A stretch of 63,893 nt of DNA, the filler included, from Octopus bimaculoides (lineage: Eukaryota): the NCBI RefSeq assembly GCF_001194135.2. It is 5 parts of 4 records of this genome, joined end to end, with 100 filler letters (N's around TTAATTAATTAA, not from the genome) between each part and the next. Parts side by side here need not be neighbours in the genome. Positions count along the whole stretch, not along the records: positions 1 to 14,537 come from NC_068985.1; positions 14,638 to 25,470 come from NC_068985.1; positions 25,571 to 50,345 come from NC_068981.1; 2 more parts are not named here. One strand, given 5' to 3'. The position numbers and the translations under genes are program-made. Of the stretch, positions 13,725 through 25,603 are shown in pieces. How positions within the stretch are numbered: position 1 is the first letter of the stretch; every line of letters begins with the position of its first letter. A model generated the notes under the pieces. The model made no database searches, had not been told where the DNA came from, and saw only the letters and a list, made by a program, of their open reading frames with translations.

Positions 13725-14145
13725 TGAGCTGGCAGAACAGTTAGCACGCCGGGCAAAATGCCTAGCAGCATTTATATACTGAGGTCAAATTGGTCCTTCA
13801 TTTTCAGGTTCGATAAAATAAGTACCAGCTGAGCACTGGGGTCGATGTAATCGTCTACCCCACTTCTCCTATATTGCTGGCCTTGTGCCAAAATTTGAAA
13901 GTACTGTTATAGACTTGATAAGAGCAGTGAGCTGGCAAAATCGTCAGCACGCCAGGCAAAATGCTTAGCGGTGTTTCGTCCGTATTTCTTTTCTAAGTCC
14001 AAATACCGCTGAGGTCGACTTTGCCTTTCATCCTTTTTGGAGTCGATAAAATAAGTACCAGTCGAGCACTGGGGTCGATGTAATCGACTAACCCCTCCCC
14101 GAAATTGCTGGCCTTGTGCCAAAATTTGAAGCCAGTGTTATAGAC
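13725..14145 (+). mobile_element. Head-to-tail dimer of tRNA-derived SINE family A
   Basis: Two consecutive GAGCTGGCA(G/A)AA..TAGCACGCC...GTCGATAAAATAAGTACCAG..GGGGTCGATGTAATCG...GTGCCAAAATTTGAA units. Confidence 0.85.
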
Positions 14146-14581
14146 ATAACAAAAATACTTGTGCTGCTATAGTTGCTCTGCTTTGTTGTGTTATTGTGGA
14201 GTTCACCTTTTATATTTTAGCTATTTTGCTGTTCTTGCTATTTTACTCTTGTACCGCCATTTTCTTTCTATTGACTTCACTTTTCCCACTTCGCCATTTT
14301 TTTTTTGTTTTTGTTTCCTTCTTTGTTTTCCATTGTTGTTTTGTGGTTTGTCTTTGTTCTAAGTGTTTTGCTCCTGTGATTATCGTTGTCGTTATTGTTG
14401 CTGTTCTTCATCTTGTTTTTTTGTCATTGATTGGAAAAAGTTGTGTTTGTTTTGACGCCGTGATTCTTATGCTGCCACTTTATAATTTCGCCATTTAAAG
14501 ACATCTTGAAAGAAAGTAAAGTCAGAAATTATATAGANNNNNNNNNNNNNNNNNNNNNNNNNNNNNNNNNNNNNNNNNNNN

Positions 14582-14593
14582 TTAATTAATTAA
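14582..14593. other. Assembly spacer TTAATTAATTAA between N runs (also 25515-25526, 50390-50401, 60047-60058)
   Basis: The same 12-mer, with stops in all six frames, is always flanked by Ns; technical, not biological. Confidence 0.9.
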
Positions 14594-14644
14594 NNNNNNN
14601 NNNNNNNNNNNNNNNNNNNNNNNNNNNNNNNNNNNNNATATATT

Positions 14645-14681
<37 letters not shown>

Positions 14682-14696
14682 GTATGTATATATATG

Positions 14697-15033
14697 CTGA
14701 AACCCCCTTCAGTCATGACTAACCATGGGATTACACCTAGAAAGTTATCTTCCCAGGCACAAGTCCAAGCAAGTTTGTTTATAGAAGACCAGCAGTCACC
14801 CATGCATACCAGCCTCTCCTCTCCATGCCACTGATGTTATCCAAGGGAAAGGCAAAGGCCGATACAGCTTGGCACGTGTGATGTCGCAATTCATTTCTAC
14901 AGCTGAGTGAACTGGAGTAATGTGAAATAAAATGTCTTGCTCAAGAACACATTGTGCAGCCCAGTCCGGGATTCGAACTCATAACCTCACGATCATAAGC
15001 TCGATGTTGTAACCACTGAGCCATGCGCCTTCA
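14697..15033 (-). mobile_element. tRNA-derived SINE with conserved central domain
   Basis: Minus strand reads GGCGCATGGCTCAGTGG..GAGTTCGAATCCC..GTGTTCTTGAGCAAGACA. A related fragment lies at about 41915-42050. Confidence 0.75.
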
Positions 15034-15402
15034 CACACACACACATACACATATATATATATAGTTTACTGTTCTATTTAGGTAGGATCAACAAAGAAGT
15101 ACTACATCTAGAGAGAGATAAATATCATTTAATGTGCACAGTATACAGATAAGAGCTATTTATAGTTTCTTGCTGTGAAGACATGGTTCTAGGGTGGGTT
15201 TTTATAATGTGCCTTGCATTTTCAGGCGATCTTCAATCACTTAGTCTGTTCAATTTGAAGATAAGCATCCTTCAAAGTCTGAAGATTGTTTGGCGACACA
15301 GGACACATTATAAGAACCTGCCTGGCCATGTGTCTTCACAGCAAAAATCTGCTAGTAGCTCTCATCTTCATTCGGTGTACTTTAAATGATACACAGACTC
15401 GT

Positions 15403-15439
<37 letters not shown>

Positions 15440-16072
15440 TGTCCTTATCTCTAAAAATTCTTTGTCCCTATCTCTAAAAAATCTCCATTCTTCTTCCATA
15501 CTCATACGTACCTATCCTTCCACACATTCTCAATCATTTCCTTCAATTCTCTCTTATACTCACTTTCTTGTACATTGAGGGTATGTACTGACATCTCCAC
15601 CATCCTTTCATCCTCTTCTGTTGGTGGAATTGCCATGTATCTCTTCTACAACACAAAACCTCTTCCTTCTCTCTATCATAAAGTAGAATCTCAACACCAG
15701 ACTCAATGCCACCCTTCTCAATGTTAAACACCCACTCATTTGCAGCGTCTTGTCTTGCAATTTACTTGGTGACCACCCTAGCACCAGTGCTGTGATGAAA
15801 AAAGGCACCCAATACATTCTTCAAAGTGGTTGATGTTAGGAAGTGCATCCAACTATAGAAACCATGCCAAAGCGGACATTGGAGAACAAAGCAGTCTTCC
15901 AGTATGTTCGATCCTGTTTGACTTTCCAACACAGAACAGGGACGATAAGTGATGCTGCTGCTGACATATTTATATATGCATACACACACACATACTCACT
16001 CACACACACACCTGCACATAGAGATAGATAAATACACATATACATATATTTTTATATATATATTGTTATACA

Positions 16073-16265
<193 letters not shown>

Positions 16266-16408
16266 NNNNNNNNNNNNNNNNNNNNNNNNNNNNNNNNNNN
16301 NNNNNNNNNNNNNNNNNNNNNNNNNNNNNNNNNNNNNNNNNNNNNNNNNNNNNNNNNNNNNNNNNNNNNNNNNNNNNNNNNNNNNNNNNNNNNNNNNNNN
16401 NNNNNNNN

Positions 16409-16454
<46 letters not shown>

Positions 16455-17054
16455 TTAAGTTGCTAAATAAATTTTGTATGAAACCAGTGTAGAAAATCTT
16501 ATTATTGCAGATTAATACCTTGTACACTCAGTTTGAAACTATAATTAAAGCAGTGTCTCTACAGGGCAGTTGTTATCGTATTTGATCACTAAGATACTAA
16601 AGATTTGATTTCCATCAGAGACTTCATTAGTTTCAATGTTTTTATTGTTGTGTCTAAAGGAATATCATCCACCAGGATCTATAGACACAGCAATGACTTA
16701 CCCCCAGTTTCTGTCATGTTTAGTAGATGAGAGGAAAATATTTTTCTTGATCTAGGCAGCTTGAAGTGAACTTTTCATGCTAGAGCTATACACAGCACAA
16801 TATGCCTGTTAAATACAGCATGGCTTCTGCTTACAGTGATAATCTATAAACTGCAATGCTAATTGCTCCTAGATTGATGACTTTGGCTGTGAAGATTTAG
16901 AGCCTTGTCCAAGCACACAACTTAGAGCTGTTCATAAGAAAAGAAAATATTAATGGTTGTCCACTGTTCTATTAACTCTCAATATATGTGCATATCTACA
17001 GAAATCCACACACACACATATGTGTGTGTAGTTATATGAATGCTTATGTGTGTG

Positions 17055-17099
<45 letters not shown>

Positions 17100-17280
17100 A
17101 TATGAATTAGAAGCAGCTCGAGCTATGTAAACAAAATCAAACACACATACACAAGGTATGTGTGTTGATAGTTCATGGGTCGGCTACAGATTTTAGGTGT
17201 AAGAAAATATATTCTCTTACACCTAAAGACTGCAGCTGACCCACGAACTAACAACACATACTTTGTGTATGAGTGTTCAA

Positions 17281-17347
<67 letters not shown>

Positions 17348-17401
17348 ATCTATCTATATATCTATCATATATATCTATCTATATATCTATCATATATCTC
17401 T

Positions 17402-17445
<44 letters not shown>

Positions 17446-17454
17446 TGTTTATAG

Positions 17455-17900
17455 GTGTAGTTATTGTGGTGTGGTAAGAAGTCTACTTCCCAACCCCATG
17501 GTCCTGAGTCCAGTCCCACTGTGTGGCACCTTTGGCAAGTGTCTTTTACTATAGCCCCAGGCCATCCAAAGCCTTCTGAATTGATTTAGTTGACAGAAAG
17601 TTTTAAAAAAGCCTGTTGTCTATTCGTATGTATGTGTGTGTCTGTGTTAGAGTGTGTGTATGCTTGTGTCTTCTTATCTTGACATCACACAGTAGTTGTA
17701 AAATGATTGACAAGTAGCGTCATTTATTTCCAATAATCTGTAAGAACATGTCTGACTGTGAGGAAATATTAACTTGCTTGGAAACCAGTGAAGGTTGGTA
17801 ATAAGAAGGGAATCTGGCCATAGAAAATCTGTCTCAATAGACTTCATCTGACCCATACAAATATGAAAATTGGTCATTAAAATGATGATGGTGATGATGA
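17455..17900 (+). mobile_element. SINE family B with tail ending in (GAT)n
   Basis: GTGTGGTAAGAAG..CCCAACCCCATGG..TGGCACCTTTGGCAAGTGTCTT. Similar tails at about 15740-15960, 22500-22790 and 25140-25410. Confidence 0.7.
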
Positions 17901-17974
17901 TGCATATGTTAGAGAGGTCAGATATCAACATCATTTCTCTGTAGATAAGGAGGCAATACACACCTCTGCCAAAA

Positions 17975-18510
17975 TTCAACACATACATTGAAAAGGTTCA
18001 ACTTAGCATCATTTAATCTAGCACAAACATCTGGGCATTTGCATGGGGATTTCATGGCAACCAAGAGTTGCACATTAAGCTCCTGTAAAGACCACTACAG
18101 TATGCAATCATATGCATGTAGTCATATTCCTTTTCAATGTTTGTAAAGTGGGCATACACCTCTTGGCAGAATTACCACAATTTTTTTTTTGAAGACCTGC
18201 CATTGAATGAATATCTGGTCAAACCACTTAATCTTCACATTGAGATGTCATAGCCTCCTTTGTGATTAGAATGTCAGTGGGAAGAATTACAAGGTCAATT
18301 CTTCAAGGCAAGCCTGCTGGTAGGAACCAAAAGGTAGGCCAAGAATAGGATGGCTGGATAATGCTCATAGTCTCAACTGGACACACTGTAGAAATCCATC
18401 TGGCAAATCTAATGTCGGTTACTTTGAATATGATCCTATAGAGGTGGGGCCTGAGGACTCTACCCCAACAACTCTTCCAGGAATAGTGGGCGAGAGAAGA
18501 TGGATGTGTG
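17975..18510. mobile_element. RTE-like LINE relic with inverted 5' piece
   Basis: Minus strand about 17980-18245 reads DQIFIQWQVF..FCQEVYAHFTNIEKEYD (RT DQIF..EKAYD block). Plus strand from about 18280 reads RITRSILQGKPAG..GRPRIGWLDN (C-terminus). Confidence 0.7.
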
Positions 18511-18512
18511 GA

Positions 18513-18543
<31 letters not shown>

Positions 18544-18853
18544 GTATGTATAATCTTTTTCTTGTCTCTCTTAATCCTTTCTCATCTCTTTGATATTGGA
18601 TACCTAGATTGTTAGATTTGCTTATATTTCTTCCTTTGTCATATTTATCGTCATTTTATACTTCTTTGATTGTTTTTTTTTTCCACTCTATATTTTTATG
18701 CTGTTTCCACTTTCATGCTTTTGCTTGTCTAATGTTGTATATTGTTTGTTTCCTCTTTGTCTCATAATCTTCTCCATGTTATTTGTGTGACATTTTTCTA
18801 CTATTTATCGATCTATTACTTGGAGAAGGTAAAATATGACCAACAAAGTGTCA

Positions 18854-18989
<136 letters not shown>

Positions 18990-19643
18990 CACACACACTT
19001 ATATTAGAACGCTTAGTTATGTGGGAAATATTTAGAGTGTAAGCACATTCTTTCTGTGCTTTCAATGTGTGGGAAAATAGAAGTTATATGTGTGCATGAG
19101 GACAGGTGTATGTGAATTTGTGTGCATATGTGCATTTGTGTGCATATGTGCATTTGTTGTATACACATATTTGAACATTCATTTATTAACAAATCCTCAA
19201 ACACACACACATGTATTCCCCCTACACACAACACACATGCATGCACTAATAACTTTGAAAGTGTTCTCATCTTCCAAGCTATATCTACTCATTAACTTAG
19301 AATTTCTCCACAATAATAATGGCTGTGCTTATCTAAGTAGATTTCAAGTTGATTGATCAATAGATTGCTGGTTGTGTCTCTCTTTTATCATCTGGACAGT
19401 CAAGCTTACATGTATTTCTACAACTTATGTACATACTGCATACACATTTCTCTTGTACCAGAAATATCTATGTTTGTATGCATGTGTGTATATTCAAGCA
19501 TCCAACTGCCCAACTGTCTGTCCATCACATGTCTGTCTGTCTCTCTCTCTTTCCCTCTGTCTCTATCTATCTATCTATCTATCTAATTGACCAGCTAGAT
19601 AACTAGCCATCTGTCTGCTTCTCTGTGTCTATCTATTTGTCTA

Positions 19644-19690
<47 letters not shown>

Positions 19691-20588
19691 CATCTATCTA
19701 TCTATTTATCTATCTGTCTGTTTGTCTGCTTGTCTGTGTATCTGTCTGTCTCTCTGTTTGTCTGTCCATCCACCCATACATACATCTCTCCCTCTATCCA
19801 TTTATCTATCTACCCATCTGCCTCTCTATCTATTGAGCTAGCTAATCATCTGTCAATTCATCTATCGTGACAAACCATCCAGCCCATTCCAGTATTCAAG
19901 GCAGGTGTAAAATAATGATGATGATTATGATGATTATGATGATAATGAAACGATTTGTTGCCATAGAACTTGCAGTGGTTGGATCAGATCCTCACACAGG
20001 TTGAGAAGAAACAACAGAGATTTCCAAGAGATTCTCAATTCAGCAACAAGATAGTATGGAGTACAACATTCTCTGCAATACATTTGATGAGTAGTTTCTC
20101 ACATTCATTTCTCAGGGTCAGCATGGTTACTCGAAATAGGAGGAAGCCGTGCATAGCATGAAGTTTTGGGATAGACTTTTGGCAGGGGGCCATAGATCGT
20201 TTATGATGTGAATCTTCTTTTTAATTTCAACAACAAAGCTGCTTGATATGATGATCTGGTGTGAGGAATGTAAGGCTGCACAATGCTCCATATCAGGACA
20301 GTACCAATACTTCTCAAGTTAGGAAAGAAGCATTACAAGGCTGTAAAGATGATGGTTGGGATGCAGCACACTTTCCTGTAGAAGATGGATGTAGAAAAAA
20401 TGGTAGTAGCATCAGTTTGTATGAAACAGCCATGTTGAAGTGGTGACAAACATTACCTCACAGTACAGTTACTACTTTCATCTCTTATAGAGATTTTCTA
20501 ACTAGCTGCTTTACTTGTCTGATTGCCACTTATTTTTCTATATATTGGGAGCTGGAGTGAACTACTGTTATCTCTAGCAGACAAGTGT

Positions 20589-20638
20589 CCAGTACTGAGG
20601 ATGAGCAAAAATAGTCTGAAACTAGCCTGGTCTGCTGG
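20589..20638 (+). ncRNA. Type I hammerhead ribozyme, copy 1
   Basis: CCAGTA-CTGAGGA-T-GAGC-AAAAATA-GTCT-GAA-ACTAGCCTGGT-C-TGCTGG. Stem I 6 bp, conserved CUGANGA and GAAA cores, GUC cleavage triplet (20630-20632); stem II degenerate. Confidence 0.7.
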
Positions 20639-20948
20639 TCTTATCAAGTTGCTAAAAGATGGTAGAGGTTTGCTCCCTTGCTTGCAATATATATCAGGTG
20701 CAGATTGCATTGATAACTAGCTGGAGGGTGCTTCCTCTTGGGGTCGAAAATGGTAGTAACATCAGTTCATATGGAACAGCCATGTTGAAGTGGCCACATT
20801 ACTTCTCAGTATAGTTACTACTTTCATTTTTTATAGAGATTTTCTAACTAGCTGCTTTGCTTGTTGCAAAACCAGTGATTGATTGTCACTTATTTTTCTA
20901 TATATTGGGAGCTGGTGTGAACTACTGCTATCTCTAGTGGACAGGTAT

Positions 20949-20997
20949 CCAGCACTGAGGATGGGCAAGAATAGCCTGAAACTGAATGGTCTGCTTG
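20949..20997 (+). ncRNA. Type I hammerhead ribozyme, copy 2
   Basis: CCAGCA-CTGAGGA-T-GGGC-AAGAATA-GCCT-GAA-ACTGAATGGT-C-TGCTTG. Stem II GGGC/GCCT; GUC triplet at 20989-20991. Confidence 0.75.
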
Positions 20998-22902
20998 TCT
21001 GTCAAGTCACTAGAAGATAGTAGGGGTTTGCTCCCCTGCTTGCAATATATGTTGGATACAGATTGCTTTGATAACCAGCTAGAGGATGCTTCCTCTTGGG
21101 TTAAAATGTGTAGTAACATTGGTTTGTATGGAACAGCCAGGTTGAATTAGTGAAAACATTACTTCTCAGTGTAGTTACTATTTTTATCTTTTATAAAGAT
21201 TTTCTTTGCTTGTTAGATGTAGAAGTTTTATAGGAACCAGACTGAGACAGTGACTGCTCTCCACTGGCATCAATCATCGTCAAGTAAACACCATCTTGAA
21301 AGAAATCCAGTCAACAGTTGAGAGAGCCTGTCATTAGATATGGCTGGAAAAAGGATGATGAGGTGAGGTGTGTGTGGCGAGTACCTGTTGGCCTATATGG
21401 TACATCAAACCTGTACGACCTCCACAATTTGAATACTGGTGATGATCCTGAATATTAGTCGGTTAATCCAGTAGGTGAGGCCAGTGCACTGTAAAGCTGT
21501 TGAGAGGAAGGTTCAGAAATGGAGTACATTCTCTCCCAATGAACTCTGAAACCTGCTAGCATCTGATATGCGGACTTTCTGATTGACCGCTCTTCCAATT
21601 CTATTTACAACAAAATTTCATATAAAATTCTCTTCCTAAGTATTTCACTCATTTCTGAAAAGAATCAGAAATTTAGTGTGACTCTTTGAAATAGCTAACT
21701 TTCTATTTATTAACTTGATGTTTCGAATATAACTTTAAATTTTCTTACCTAAAAAGAATTTGGAGTGACTCTAAAATAATGCTCTAGTTATCAACTTGAT
21801 GTTTAGAACATAGCTTTAAATTTTCTTACATAAAATTAGGATAAAAATCTTTTTGTTTTATCTATTAGAATTTAAATAGGCCATATCTAGCTCAAATTTT
21901 CTACCTGTTTTATGTTCAAACCAGCTAGATCTGATGTCACCTCCACCCTACAATGTCATTCTCAAAATAAATAATCACATAATTGAAATCTCAAAGTTAC
22001 AAGATAATGCACAATTAATTAAAACTAATAGTCATACATTTGACAGAGTAATCTGAATACAAAAGAATTAAATATAAACATTTTAAATCATTTTGTTTTT
22101 AATGAGAGAACAAGAACTAACTAGATGTTAGTATCAACAGGATTATGTAATAGTGTGCATACTTGTAACATTTTGAATATCTTTTAATCTCTGAAAGGCT
22201 TTTGAATGGATGGTGATCAGTTCAAGTTTTCATCGTATGAAGATAAATGGATGATAAATTTTCCCCATGATATATTTTACTGACATCCTGCTGAACAGAG
22301 GTAATGTAGAATAAAATGTACCTAGAATCAAGAAAAAGAAAGAAAAAAAAACAGCACTGCAATAGATTTGATCTCTTGGCCTTTGTATCAAGTAGTCCAT
22401 AAATTTCTTATTCAGAAGTAGATGAAACAACAATAAATAATAAAAAAAAAGAAAAAATACATCTTTTCTCAGTTTATATTATATATTTATTTGTATGAGC
22501 ACAGACATGGGGGTGTGGTTAGGAAGGCAGGTATGTGTGTGTGTGCATGTATCTCCTTGATTTGACACATTACATGATCATTGTAAATGAGTGACAGTAT
22601 CAGCCAACTGGTATCAATCATTTCCAATCTTCCATGCAAAACATGTTTGGTCATGGGAGCCAGATGCTACTTTCCATGAAAATAGTTTAAGGTTGATGAA
22701 AGAAATGGCATCAAGCCATAGAAAATCCATCTCGATGACTTTTGTTTGACCCTTGCAAACATGTAAAGGTCTATGGTGAAATGATGTAGAAAGAGAATGT
22801 TTTTTTATGGTTTACAGTTCTATATTTAAGGGATGAGGTATTATGTACATTATTTACATTATTTACATTTGACAGATATTTGTCCTCATCTTGTTTGTTG
22901 TT

Positions 22903-22948
22903 AGCACAACATTTCGGCTGATATACCCTCCAGCCTTCATCAGGTGTC
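22903..22948 (-). ncRNA. Minimal type I hammerhead ribozyme (Penelope-like type)
   Basis: Minus strand reads GACAC-CTGATGA-A-GGCTG-GAGGGTATAT-CAGCC-GAA-ATGT-T-GTGCT; stem II is perfect. Confidence 0.7.
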
Positions 22949-22997
22949 TTGGGGAAATTTCGAACCTGGGTTCTCATTCCTAAGGTATTTTTCGATG

Positions 22998-23057
<60 letters not shown>

Positions 23058-23067
23058 CAGGCAGTGA

Positions 23068-23111
<44 letters not shown>

Positions 23112-23158
23112 TCGAAAAATACCTTAGGAATGAGAATCTGGGTTTGAAATTTCCCCAA

Positions 23159-23204
23159 GACACCTGATGAAGGCTGGAGGGTATATCAGCTGAAATGTTG
23201 TGCT
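23159..23204 (+). ncRNA. Minimal type I hammerhead ribozyme (Penelope-like type)
   Basis: GACAC-CTGATGA-A-GGCTG-GAGGGTATAT-CAGCT-GAA-ATGT-T-GTGCT. Confidence 0.65.
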
Positions 23205-23560
23205 AACAACAAACAAGATGAGGACAAATATCTGTCAAATGTAAATAATGTAGATAATGATCAATTTTTTTGTTTGTAAGATCTTCGAGGAATAGAAGTT
23301 AGAATGCAGGAAATTATCTTCAAACTCAAGACATTGCACAAATACTTATGAGAGAATGGATTGAGCTAAAGTTACTCAAAGTCCAAGTAGTGATGTTGAA
23401 TAGCTGGATATCAGAACGCTTTGGTTGATCTGAAGTTATGAAGCAGAAGCCATTTACCCAAAGTGCAATGCAGTGTTATTGAGTGTTGTTGAGTATTGAG
23501 TGATAGCTTGGAGAATGATGATGATGATGATGATGATTGCTCACTCACTCAATGATAATG

Positions 23561-23610
<50 letters not shown>

Positions 23611-23769
23611 TGACGCATAATCACAGAGATGTGAGTTCGAGTCTCATGGCTGGCCAATAGTGTATTTTTCTGCAATAAATGGATAATTTATCCTGATCAC
23701 GCTATTTATAGCCTTATCACACGTTTGAGAAATGAATTTATTTCTGTTCTTACAATAATAATAATGATG

Positions 23770-23819
<50 letters not shown>

Positions 23820-23821
<2 letters not shown>

Positions 23822-24245
23822 AGTCATATGAGCAAAAATGTAGAAGCTTTACCTGAATCTTCAACACTACACACTGTCCAAAAAATAGCCCTGCTAGGAA
23901 CAGCCCAAATCCTACTCAAGAAACTATCAATACAACCTAAACAAAACAACACACAAATACAACACTCACTCTATACAGTATTTATCCAGTGAAATAAACT
24001 CCCACCAGCAAGCTAGAAAGCCAGCGCATTACACACTCAACACACAATACAAGCAGTAACACAACAAAAGACAGCATCACACTTCAATGAAAAAAAACTA
24101 ACACAATACAGTACCAGGAAGAGTTCGCACACTCCCAACAGCAGCAAAAAACACACAGTGATGCACACACCCCAGCAACACAGAGGTGCAGCAGGTGATG
24201 CAGTAGAAATTTGCCTTAATCTGCAAAACATTAAACAGTTATATA
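23820..24245 (+). mobile_element. 3' end of a restriction-like-endonuclease non-LTR retrotransposon (R4/Dong-like) inserted in (TAA)n
   Basis: LPESSTLHTVQKIALLGTAQILLKKLSIQ matches the terminal QKxxLLGTAxILRK motif of RLE-clade ORFs. It is followed by a 3'UTR, with (TAA)n on both flanks. Confidence 0.65.
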
Positions 24246-24294
24246 ATGATAATAATAATAATAATAATAATAATTGCTCTCTCACTCAATAATA

Positions 24295-24345
<51 letters not shown>

Positions 24346-25570
24346 TAACTGCCCTGTTTAGAATGTGGCTTCAGTCCTTTATGGAAGAGATTTTGCTTTC
24401 CTCCTCATGTAATGGATTCCCATCACAACTTCTACATCATTTTCTTATATAGACATCAATTTACATTATGGAAACTTATTTTCATCTTCAACACGTAAAT
24501 CTCTTTTCCTTCCTCTCCCCTCCTCTCTCTCTATATATATTTCTCTTTCTTTCAGTCTGTCTCCCTCTCATTCTTTCACTTTCTCTTATTCTCTCTCTTT
24601 CTCCTCATCCTCTTCCCTCTCCATCTTTCTCTTTCTCTCTCCCTCTCCCAGTTCTTGTCCCAAACTCTCTTTTTCTTTCATTCTCCCTCTCTTTCTGTCT
24701 CTCACTTCCACTCTCTTAATTTAATGACCATACATGAGTGTTTCTGTAAAAGTTAGATTAACAAACCAAAACGAACCACTTGTAATGAAGAGCTGTAACC
24801 AATTAACTATATTATGCATATTTACAGATTGTGCACTATCAATCAGAAAGTGTATTATATGTGTACATCTGTGCTGTATTTGAATCTGTTGTGTATGTGC
24901 TGACAATTTCTATGTGTGTGTATATATATATATATATATGTATATACAAATGATAAATGAGTATATGCATATATACACACATGTATGTACATACCTACAT
25001 CTACCTGTATATATAGATGCATATCTGGGTACAGGACGTTGGAAACAAAACGTAGACAAAAAAATAATAAACAGAGTACAGAAAACACACAGGCCACATA
25101 GAGAAAATTTCCTTCATCAGCTGCCACCATTCTAACACTGGCGTTTCGAAGAGACATACACACACACAACAACTGACTCTCTCAACTGTGGCAGATACTT
25201 GTGGTGTCACACAAATGGCACCCATGCTGGCGGCATGTAAAAATAGCCATTATACTCTTGGAGTGGTTGGCACTAGGAAGGGTATCCAGCCATAGAAACC
25301 ATGCCAAATCAGACTGTAGTCTGGTGCAACACCTCAGCTTGCCAGCCCTGGTTAAACCATCCAACTCATGCCAGCATGGACAACAGATGTTAAATGATGA
25401 TGATGATGATATATATATACACACATACTACACATACATACTAACATACATATATATATATATATATATANNNNNNNNNNNNNNNNNNNNNNNNNNNNNN
25501 NNNNNNNNNNNNNNTTAATTAATTAANNNNNNNNNNNNNNNNNNNNNNNNNNNNNNNNNNNNNNNNNNNN

Positions 25571-25603
<33 letters not shown>

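Larger units (their letters stand above)
20397..21205 (+). repeat. Tandem array of about 350-360 bp units (about 2.3 copies), each full unit carrying a type I hammerhead ribozyme; retrozyme-like
   Basis: Unit starts TGGTAGTA(G/A)CATC at 20401 and 20751, with a diverged third start at about 21107. HHR motifs at 20589-20638 and 20949-20997. Confidence 0.8.
22847..23259. repeat. About 410 bp near-perfect palindrome made of two head-to-head copies of a (TAA)n-anchored HHR element
   Basis: Left arm (about 22847-23057) is the reverse complement of the right arm (about 23071-23259), including (ATT)n/(AAT)n. The centre is CAGG-CAGTGA-CCTG. Confidence 0.9.

Noticed and set aside
13349-13744. His/Thr/Ser-rich 131-aa ORF
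   Set aside because: A (CAT/CAC)n low-complexity tract with a short minisatellite; no domain.
14582-14593. Recurrent TTAATTAATTAA motif
   Set aside because: Always embedded in Ns; an assembly spacer.
25100-25170. Minus-strand GAAAC...CTGATGA motif pair; similar at about 2085-2115
   Set aside because: Stems I and II cannot be formed convincingly; not called as ribozymes.
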